Assembly: GCA_030704615.1 (NCBI GenBank)
Contig: CM060731.1
Location: 67,208,001 to 67,272,000, forward strand
From: Takakia lepidozioides
Lineage: Eukaryota > Plantae > Bryophyta
DNA length: 64,000 nt
Direction of reading: 5' to 3'
Positions within the stretch are counted from its first letter, which is position 1. Each line of letters starts with the position of its first letter. Under the pieces are notes generated by a model that saw nothing but the letters and a program-made list of their open reading frames with translations, was not told the DNA's origin and did no database searches. Positions 36,610-46,352 of the stretch are shown piece after piece. The translations under genes were made by a program, and so were the position numbers.

Positions 36610-38748
36610 GTGGAGCTAGCATGGATCAGCAGTGCCATCAGATGTTATCAAAATAAGTTGACTTCATTGTTAGTTTAAGCAATAACAGATCAGGCTGGAG
36701 GCTGGAGGAGGCTGGAGGAGAAGAAATTTTCCAATGTTTTCATATTACGATGGGGAACAACACGATCATCGTCTATGACTGAATTCGGGTTCCTAACTCG
36801 TAATTCAAGCTCCCACGATGGTCGTCTCATTTGTTCCTGAGCGGATTGCGAAGCTCTGTTAAAATCTCTCTGAAGTAATTTTGGTGGCTTCGAAATTCTT
36901 TTCCTGACGAACTGATGGCACCACTGTGGTTGATTGAAATCTGGATGCACTCGGCTCGTTGGGGTTCTCAATGGTGGTAGAGGCAGAGATCTGTCGGGCG
37001 ATCACTCGTGGTTCGAAAAGCGGAATTCAGCATCGTCCTGGTTCTCCAGCCGATTGCCAAATGGTTATATTACCTCAGCAGTGCCACATGTGATTGGTCG
37101 GAGTGATGTTTTTTCTATGCTCACGCAATCAACAATGAAAATGCTGTCATTTGAAGATATGATGATTCTGCAGGCTTAGTCAGTTACAGCGAGGGAACTC
37201 AACGTATTCGGATAATCCGTCCCGGAATATTTCACACCATCATCCTGGATGATTCATTGATGTGTTTCAGAACATGCACTGAAATCATCCAGGCTGATGG
37301 TGTCACTTGTTCCTTGGCGGATTGTTCAAGTATCTTATAATCTTAGTCTTTAAGTTGTTTGAAATCATTCTCCCTGCTTGCATAATCCGATCTCCAACAA
37401 TTGACAACATCCTCGTGGTGTTTTTTTTGGTTCATATATCCTTCATTTGGAGATCCATTATTCTTTTGAGGAACACTAGCGATTAACATCGCGCGATCAC
37501 GCGTGCCTTTCTAAGAACTGACCTGTTATGATGTCCATCATTGCACACCAAAATGGTGTTACGAGGAGGCAAAATGTTAGCAATTGAACGTCGATCTCCA
37601 GCGACATTCTCGTCGTTTTCATGTGGACTGGACGCCAAAGGAGGAACACTGTCGCTAACAATCTCAACAATCATATGTACTTCAAGGTGCTTGATACTGC
37701 GTATGTTCATGTAGCTGATTTCTATAGGAGTCTTTTTGTTATTCCCATTCCAACAACATCAGGTCCACTGAGACTGCCATATTCCGAAATCGGAATCAGG
37801 CACCACCTACATGAAACCATCAGCTAAGAATGAAATCTCCAGTTCATTCAATCACAGCCCGGAGAAATATCTCAAGCTGCTGGCCAACTACTTATGGGCT
37901 AGGGTGTTTATCTGGAGTCGCATACAATGAATCGAAGATCTAGTTCTCAGCTGACATGCAGCAGATGGTTTTATATTGGTCAATGATGGTGGGCCGTGGC
38001 TGATACGGGAGTCTGAATATGACAGTCTTTGGGGATCTGATACTGTTCGCATGGGAATAGCAAAACAACTACTATACAATTCAGCTACAGGAACAACAAT
38101 AACATCAAACACCTAGCAGTAAATAGGATTTTTGACATTGCTTGTGATAGCTCCAATCAGTTAGTTGGTGGTTAGTCAGTAGGAGATTATTTAGTTGGTG
38201 ATCAGTTTACGAGTGCTTTACAGTAAATCGTCAGAAGTACCACAGTCCGTCACAGATGAACCTCGACTGGTCACCCGACACTATTTCCTTGAAGATTTCA
38301 TAGAAAACGTCACTCTCTCCATCAACGTACTCGCCACCTTCCCAATTGGATACTTTCAGCATCTTACTCCAGGGTCAGTTACTTGGACATTATGTTTTGA
38401 AGAGCATACGAGTAATTCATCATCTTCGCGATTCACTGAAAGTCTGCAAGACCACCAATTCTTCGAGAAGTACAGCTGAACTTCGGTCGCACAAGACATT
38501 GTTGGTTGGCGTAATATTGAAGGATATTTTTTGTGAGGTCATCACCATATCAACGATTCTCGAGACAACATTTCAGGGACTTCTTCCATCTTCTGCTAAC
38601 AAAACCTTCGGAACAACGGAAGAATACAGATTTGAAAATGGTCCCTCCAACCTTGTCAAAATATCGTGATTTTGGGAAATGATTTTCCTCAAAATATTTT
38701 CATCATAAGTACGTCGGCTGACATCGTCTTGTGTTAACGGAGTTCAGT
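36610..38748 (+). ncRNA. Cluster of long imperfect RNA hairpins (putative pre-miRNA/hpRNA array)
   Basis: Hand-folded stems at 36754-36837, 37029-37110, 37210-37327, 37382-37461, 37532-37634, 37684-38115, 38192-38461 and 38475-38748; several show G-U pairing on the plus strand. Confidence 0.6.
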
Positions 38749-39049
38749 CCTCATTCTAGAAGTTGATACTCTCATTGACATGGTTTACGTTACTTGTATT
38801 GGTCCATGCCGCATGGGACGAGACTTACTCAAATTGACGTGGTTCTGAAATAAAACCTGGTTGTTTATCATCAATGTCTCCCTATTGTCTTTCATTTCAT
38901 TTCATGGTATTGTGTCATTGTGCCATGTTTTGCTTACATATTTGATTGATTTGTCTTGTACATCACATAGTATCAGCCTTCACAAGCTCAGTCGCGGTCC
39001 AATCATCCATCAAGCCGCGGATCATGAAGTGAGTTATCACCCGACACCC

Positions 39050-39270
39050 GTTTTTTTAATTTATTTTTTAATGTAATGGAAACACCTGGGAGCGACAGCT
39101 CACAAATCAGGCCCCCTTAATAGTATAACCTCTTTCACAGTAACCCCGCCATGTGACGTTGGAATGGGACACCACCCATGAACATACCACACTCGTCGGT
39201 AACAAGATTTGACCCCATAATCATCTGGGTGGCACTCAGTGCACTTCACCAACTGAGCTACTGACTGTTG
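39050..39270 (-). mobile_element. tRNA-derived SINE
   Basis: Minus-strand A-box TAGCTCAGTTGG, B-box-like GGGTCAAATC, A-rich tail at 39050-39070. Confidence 0.7.
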
Positions 39271-39587
39271 GTATCTCATTCAACTCTTATCAAACGTCGA
39301 GTGAAACAGTGGAACTTGCTTTATGAGCCAAATAGAAACTGTTTTTTCTCCTAAAGTTTATACATAATGTTTCTTTATTGCTCATATTATATGTTAATAG
39401 ACAAATAATTATTTATATATTTATATTTATATTTAAAATGATCCATTTAAATTCATTTAAATGATTTAAAAATACATATTCAGATATTTCTCCTTATTTC
39501 TGGACCAAACTTTAGTCCAGATTTACTTAAAATTGTGTTCTTAGTAGGATTTGGCGTTTGTTGTGATTTGTTGCTGGGGCCTGTTTG

Positions 39588-39621
<34 letters not shown>
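39588..39621. repeat. (TA)n microsatellite
   Basis: About 17 TA units. Confidence 0.95.
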
Positions 39622-39623
<2 letters not shown>

Positions 39624-39670
39624 TCCTGATATATTCCCGTCTGCTCCTAAACAAGTACAGTCTGCCCTGG

Positions 39671-40860
39671 ATTTTTTTTTTAAATAATTTTAACAGGGGA
39701 GAGAGGCCCTGAGAACTTTACTGATAATTTAAAAGAGGACAAGCAAGGAAAAAATAACCTTGCAGGGGAAGCCATAAAGACCAACAGAAGAGACACCGCT
39801 CAGTAACCAAAGTTCAGGGGAAGGTCCTGCAGAAAACTAAGTGAGGAGGGTCGATCACACTTTTAGACTACGCTCAGGGCTATGCTCAAAAGCAAGATGG
39901 ATCTTTACTCTAGCCCTTCTAAAGCTGCGCTTATGGCGCCAATTCATCTCCGGCTCCTCGCCATCCAAAGTAGATTGCTTTCCACTAAGAGAGCTCGTAG
40001 CATGCAGGGAGGGCGTTGTTCTACACAACTCGAAGTTCTGCTGGTCTGGTGCAGAAGACGCTTGCTTTTCTCCAAGTTGAGTCGAAGTAAGCAAGTTGTT
40101 GTTGTCACCTGTCCATCTGCAAAAAGCTGCACATAGGACCCCCCAAGCTTTCCGAGCTTCTAGGCTGTAAGTCTGAATGAGCTCTAAACAGAATTGCCCT
40201 AGCAACAGGCTTAACATCATCATAAAGAGAAGAGCACCTGGCTTTCCAAATGTGCCAAAGCACATGCGCACGTAAGGCAGCCCATACAGGGCAATCGGAC
40301 CAAAGGGCATTGTTTTCATAGTTGAGGAGAATTAGAGAGGGTTGACGAGGGGAGGTGATCCTCTAGGGAGCATAAAACAAAGCCACTCTATCCCAAATGA
40401 GAGCAACAACAGGGCAGGAGACAAACAAATGCTCTATTGTCTCTTTGGTAAGCACCGAGCAGAATTGACAAAAAGAAAGCGAGTCAGAGGAGAGGTGGTT
40501 GAGAGGGAGGGCTCTGTTGATCAATCTCCAAAAAAACGCACTAATCCTTGCAGCCCGATCTTTACGCCATATGTCTTTCCAAAAATCAGGCTTGTCCACC
40601 AGATGCCTCCACTTGTGTAATCTGTAGAGCTCTGGGGGTGAAGCAAGGTGTATCCGAGCTTGACTGTGTAGGCAAAGAAATGGTCATGCTTTTTAGACAT
40701 CCAGGACCACTCGCCTGGATCAAACTGCAGCAAACGTATCGGGGCCTTTAGGAACCAACGAAATAATGAGCGATATTCACCGGGAGAAGAGGGTCGATCT
40801 GACCAGAACTCAAGCAAAACACTCTAATGGCAAACAACTCTGTCTCGGGTAGTTCTGTCA
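39671..40860 (-). mobile_element. 5'-truncated L1-type LINE (ORF2 3' end)
   Basis: zf-RVT-like FWKDIW..FFWRLINRALP..CQFC..ETIEHLFVSC..IW; poly(A) at ~39672. Confidence 0.85.
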
Positions 40861-40873
40861 TGCAGGGAGGGTA

Positions 40874-42133
40874 CCCTGGATAAATGTTAACAGTTGGGAG
40901 TAGAAAAAAAAATAACATTTAGACAAGGTTAATACATTAACAGTTTATGAAGGGGTTAGTTGTAACACATTAACATTTACAGAATGTAACATTTAACAAA
41001 TGTAAATTATGAAAGCAACACTTATGGAATAAAGTGTAACATATCCTATTCTCTCTTTGTTTGTGAGTTGTCTTTCATCTTTATTAATCACCTAATATCT
41101 AACTTATTAGTGCAACACATCTATCTAACCATATGTGGGTGGGCCTACCTATCAAAAACCAAAAAGAAAACTGCATAGGTATTTCAAGAATATTTTAACT
41201 ACACTCACTAAAAGACCAATCGATACCATCTACTTGCAAAATAGCTAACGCAGGTACAACTACCACATAACTTATGTGATCTTGTCTATCGAAAACATCC
41301 TGCATGTCAAGTCTCAAAATGCTGAACATACAGTCGTTGTATCTCAGAAATAACCTCCATATCAAGTCTCCAAGTTGTATATACCGTAGAGGACCCCTGC
41401 CGGAGTCATTAAATACATGCAAGTCGCCAGGTTCGGCAGGCTTACTGACAATGTTAATTTTTTCGTTGAGGCTTCATCCAATTTTTCAAGAATTCGGCAC
41501 TCACGGGTACTTCTCATTGAATTAGGTGGGCCATGTCAAGATTCACGTAGAGTTGACATTCCCTGTCGGAGGTCATAGTTATGGTTAGCCATAACTCTCT
41601 AGCTAGCCATAGTCATGGTTAGTGGTAAACATGTTTAATAAGTCTTAACCTTTGTATTTTGTTTTTCCTTTCAAACTTGACGTTTTCACTACCATATTGG
41701 CACCTTTTGTTTTCAAAGTTCATCTTTTTAAATGAAGATTATTTCCATATTTCGTCTACTCCTAGGGCAGAATTTTAAAATATTCGTTCTCTTTTAAAGT
41801 GAATTAATTAATGTCGGAATAGAGCGACCTCTAGAGTACACTTGCTTCATCTATTCACTTTAGTATTACCTCCCACTTACTTTCTGGTCTTTTGATTGGT
41901 TATGATTTAAGATGGAATCTTATCATAATCTAGTTGGAACTTATACTACTTTCTCCTCTTAGGTGAAGCCTTTATGGTACACTTAACATTTATGGAGGGA
42001 AAATTAACAAAGAGGGGAGTAAACAATTGTTAACAAATAACACTTAACATTTGCTAGTATCATAAGTAGGGGAGTAAAACTTTCTTAACATTTATGGTAG
42101 TTTAACGTTTATAGAGGTAACATTTATCTAGGG
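40874..42133. mobile_element. Tc1/mariner-type MITE containing a nested MITE
   Basis: TA|CCCTGGATAAATGTTA ... TAACATTTATCTAGGG|TA; subterminal TAACA repeats. Confidence 0.8.
41384..41836. mobile_element. Tc1/mariner(pogo)-type MITE, nested copy
   Basis: TA|CCGTAGAGG ... CCTCTAGAG|TA; homologous to 42779-43129. Confidence 0.75.
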
Positions 42134-42225
42134 TAGATTGTATAACCTCTGGTGATGTGTTGAAGGGTAGTCTCGTGACGCTTAGATGCCAGCGTGCAAG
42201 GAATTTGCTTATTAGGTGGAAACAG

Positions 42226-42677
42226 CAGTAGAATACTACACTATACAAAGTCAAGCAAACTCACTATAATTGATTCACAGTCAAACCATGTACTAAATAT
42301 CATGGAACATAGTCAATATGTTCCACTTCAGTTAAACCACTTTACTACACATCATGCATCCATGTTAATGCCCTTAAGCCACTCACTACACGTCATGCAT
42401 CCACGTCATAATGCAGTTAAACCACTTTATTATACTTCATAGCCACGTCATACTCTAGTTAAATCACTTTACTACATGTCATCCCTTATGTTTTACTGTC
42501 GTATTTCACTGTCAGAACCTGGCACCTAGATTCGACTGAAACGACTCGACCGCTTGACTGAAATGACTCGACCTTTGTCACTCAAGATTGACTCTGAAGG
42601 GTGAGGAGTAAAAATGTCAGAAACGACTAAAAAATGAGTCAAATACGGAGTAAAAAAACACACTTTCTATTGTAGTA
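42226..42677 (+). mobile_element. Second copy of the CACTA-like right terminus
   Basis: Direct repeat of 25313-25752, ending TATTGTAGTA. Confidence 0.75.
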
Positions 42678-42778
42678 CTCTCTCTCTCCCTCTCTCTAAT
42701 TAGTGCCTCATGCAGCTGTGCTGCAAAGCATTTCTGCATGAAAAAAGAAAGAATGGACTTTAATGATGTCCGTGAATA

Positions 42779-43129
42779 CCGTAGAGGCTGCTCTATTTTG
42801 ACGGACCCCTGCCGGAATCATTAAATACATGCAGGTCGCCAGGTTTGGCAGGCTTAATGACAATATTAATTTTCTCATCTAAGCTTGATCCGATTTTTCT
42901 GGAATTCGACAACCTGGGTACTTTTCATTAACTTTCATTAGTAAGTAGTTAGTAGTTAGTAAGTAATTAGTCCTAGCATTCACTACTGTAATGTTTTTGC
43001 ATTCCCCGTAGTTCATTTTTTAAAATGAAAATTATTCCCCTCTTTCATCTACTCCAAAGGCAAAATTTTAAAATATTCATCATCTCTTAAAATGCATTAA
43101 TTAAAGTCGGAATAGAGCGTCCTCTACGG
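42779..43129. mobile_element. Tc1/mariner(pogo)-type MITE
   Basis: TA|CCGTAGAGGCTGCTCTATTTTGAC ... GTCGGAATAGAGCGTCCTCTACGG|TA. Confidence 0.85.
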
Positions 43130-43499
43130 TACCCCCAAAGAGATTATGGGTATGTTCAACAAACCAAAGCATTACACTTTTTATGAGAGATGCAGTGAAA
43201 TGAGAAAAGAAAATGTACTATGTCCATAGGAGGCCCACAGACCTACTGGACACTATACTACAAGGCACAGAAATCCAAAAAATTAGTACTTCCCGGGGAG
43301 GCCCAAGGTGCCAATGGGACAGAGAAGAAAGAAAAACATGGGACACTGGTGCCACAAAAGCAACGAACAAATAAACCCAATGTTCCACAAAGGCTAAGTG
43401 CCTCATGCAGGTCAGTTTCTCAGCACTTTAGGTCATTAAATGTAGTGGCCTCTGCTGGGATGAGAGAAGTAAATAAGAGAAATTTGTAGGGATAGAACC

Positions 43500-46115
43500 C
43501 TTTATGTATTAGAGAATGTACTCATAAGACGTTGTTTGCCGTAGCCTTGTGGCCATTGACCCCCCGCCCAGTTTGAGCGGAACACAAAGGAACAGAACCT
43601 ACCTCTCTCAGGGGTTGATGTAGGTAGTATGACTTACCTTCATATAAAACATTGATCCAGGTTTTCCAGATATCCTCTAGAAATCCCTTCACACAAGCAT
43701 CAATCTGTTGTGTGTGGTCTGCCCAATAACCAGGCCCCAGAAGGGCCTTGGCTTTTGGCTCAACCTCGAGACTTTCAAAGTTGGTAAACAGAGGTATAGG
43801 CACAATTTCCTTGATAGTTTTCAGGAGAGCGTCTCTCTGGTGAGAGAACCCCGGACAGTGAATCAAAAAATGAATATTGTCTTCAGGTTGCCCACACAAT
43901 GGGCAATTGCACTCTCCCTTTCCTCTCTGCTTCTATTTGCTGTTCAAAGGTAGGCTTCCCGCCCTGAGTTTAAATTTCAGTCTAGTGCTGAGAGTGGGTA
44001 GACCCTTGAGGTCATCCATGATGTCCTCCCCCATGTCACAGACTGGAAACAAGTTCAGGGAAGTTTTCTGCCTAACTTCATTTCATCAGACAATTTCCTA
44101 ATTTCCTGGCAACAGACATGGCTTTGGACACTACAGCCTCTAAGTCACATTTATCTAGCAAGGTCAAGACTTGCGGGATTCAGATTCAGATCCTTGAGAA
44201 TCTCTTCTACTCTCTTCTGCCCATGATTTGCTGTTTGACAGGGCAGTCCTGTTTCCAAGATATAGAGTCGATTAACTTGGGATATCTGGTGTTGGGCATA
44301 TGTTGCAGCTAACCCCACCATCTGACCTTGGATTCATCTCACCGGGAGCTTAAGGAAGGGATGCCAAACTCACCCCGAACAGCCACATTGGCTGTGTTGG
44401 AGCATGCTGAGATGCACTCCTTAAGCACCTCCACTTGAATGGATTCTAGAGACTTAGCCTGGTTGGAGTTATCAACCCATATTGCAGATGCGTACTCCAA
44501 GGTAGGTCTAATAACGCGACAAAGCATGGTTTTCTTGACCTCAGAGTTGATCCCTCTACAGTGGAAGAATTTAGTGAGACCCAGCGTTTTGCGCTTTCCA
44601 GTTTGAACTACTTTCTGAATATGTGCATCCCAATTACAGTTGGAGGAAAACTCAACGCCCAGATATGTGTAAGAAGGGACGACCGGAGTCTCTCGGCTAC
44701 CCCACTGCCACTTGAGATCACTTCCTCCCTATCCTCTGTCGTTGAATGCCACCACTGCACACTTACTGACATAGCCTCTAGCCCCCAAAGGTCAAAGTAT
44801 CTCTTCGCGCAATCAATCAACTCCTGGAGGTTGGAAGGAGTCTCCCCTATGCCTGCCTGCCAAGTCATCCGCAAACATAAGGGCTGGTATGGTAGCATCA
44901 CCTACCCTTAACCGAAATCCCTCACTTTCCACATCCTCTAGGAGTTGATTGATGAAAACATTGAAGAGCAGAGGGGAGGGTACATCCTTGAGCTACATCT
45001 TGGTCTATGTCAAAGTTAGACTTCTGTCCATTAACAGTGACACAACTTTTGGTGTGAGCTTACATTTTATGGACAACTCTCCACATCTTTCCCTTGACCA
45101 CATGACCAAAGGCGGAGCCATAGCCCATCTCTCCACACCGTGTCATAAGCCTTTTTGACATCCAAGAAAAAACAAAAGTGGGTTTCCCTTCTTTTTTCCT
45201 TCCCTGGATAATCTGGCTTATGTGATCCACACAGCCCCTGTTTCGCCCCTGTTTCGCTGAAAACCAGCTTGGCCTTCGTGGAAACAACCTGTACATTCCA
45301 TATCAACCTTGAGACAAGTACTTGTAACTCTGCAAAATATCTTGCCAACAGCATTGAGGAGCGTGATGCCTCCGTAGTTCCCCTGTTCTTCTCTGTCACC
45401 CTTCTTGTATAGATTGACAATGACCCTCCGTCGCCAGCGAAAGGGGATCATTTCAGTCCTCCAGATAAGGTTAAAGAGAAGAACTAGGGCTCTATCATGG
45501 GATCACCACCATGCTTGATAAGCTCGTTGACTATGCCATCAGGTCCACCAGCTTTATATCCGTTTAAATGCTCATAGGAACAGTTTTTCCAACTGTGTCC
45601 TTCCATTCTTCAGAGGACCCCTCACTGTTAGATCTAGAAATTCTGCCAAGGATACTAGTGGCTTTCAAAGGTTTTGACAATGTCAACCGTTGAAGTCACC
45701 ACTGCACCCTTAGTAGTCTTCAGCACTTGTGCCACTTCCGAATCGAACGTTACACAGATCTCTTGGTGTTGGGAAAACACCTTTTGATCTCAGTCCAAAC
45801 CAGGAAGTGGTCAGAGGTACCAATATCAGTTGTCGATCAACACATTAGCACTCTGGGGAAACAAATATTTGTCCATTATGATATAATCCACAATGGATCG
45901 TTTCCCAGTTTGGGCTTTCTCACGAGTCCACTGCACTGTTCTCCTTTCGCCCTATTATTCAAGGTCAAAAGCTGAAGCTCTTCCAGACAGTTAATTAACC
46001 GTCTACCATTAGAATTCAGCTCGTCCTCACCAAAGGGCCAATGGTATCATCCCAATGGAGACCTTTGCCCTACCCGGGCATTGAAGTCACCCAATAAAAC
46101 CACCTGACCTTTGGC
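43500..46115 (-). mobile_element. Degenerate LINE (APE endonuclease, RT, CCHC)
   Basis: VVLLGDFNARVG (~46075-46110), NYGGITLLNAVGKIF, FLDVKKAYDTVW, IRPTLEYASAIW, CGQPEDNIHFLIHCP; many frameshifts. Confidence 0.85.
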
Positions 46116-46352
46116 AAGGATTTATGTATGAGAGAGACAGAATGAAAGAATGTTCTTTTTAATGTGCACGGGCAGCATGGTTCCAGTTCACCCGGTGTTC
46201 AAAACCTGACAAGTATGAGTGTTTCCCATAAAGGTGTGCAGGCCCTGGATCGCATCCATGGAAACCTATATGTGAGTTTGATCTCCTTGTATTTCCTTAT
46301 GATTGTCTTACATTTGAACTTGACCAAGGCTCGAGAACTCTGAACCTGTTTA

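Larger units (their letters stand above)
25753..39545 (+). mobile_element. Large cargo-bearing element of unknown class (5' end truncated, no transposase identified inside)
   Basis: Delimited by an element-specific palindrome (26.1-37.5 kb), co-oriented decayed ORF segments, and a 3' region shared with 5045-7109. Confidence 0.65.

Noticed and set aside
37734-37760. miR482/2118-like sequence (ttcccattccaac) targeting NBS-LRR P-loops
   Set aside because: Only ~12 nt are compatible with the GMGG motif, which is insufficient without sRNA data.
36690-38669. Short ORFs in the hairpin region as protein genes
   Set aside because: Short, on both strands, no motifs; better explained by fold-back structure.
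39180-39270. tRNA gene
   Set aside because: Only A/B boxes are retained, with no cloverleaf, followed by an unrelated body and A-rich tail: a SINE.
25313-42677. The 440-bp direct repeats as LTRs of a 17-kb retroelement
   Set aside because: No TG..CA ends, PBS/PPT or TSD; they end in CACTA-like termini and enclose no gag-pol.
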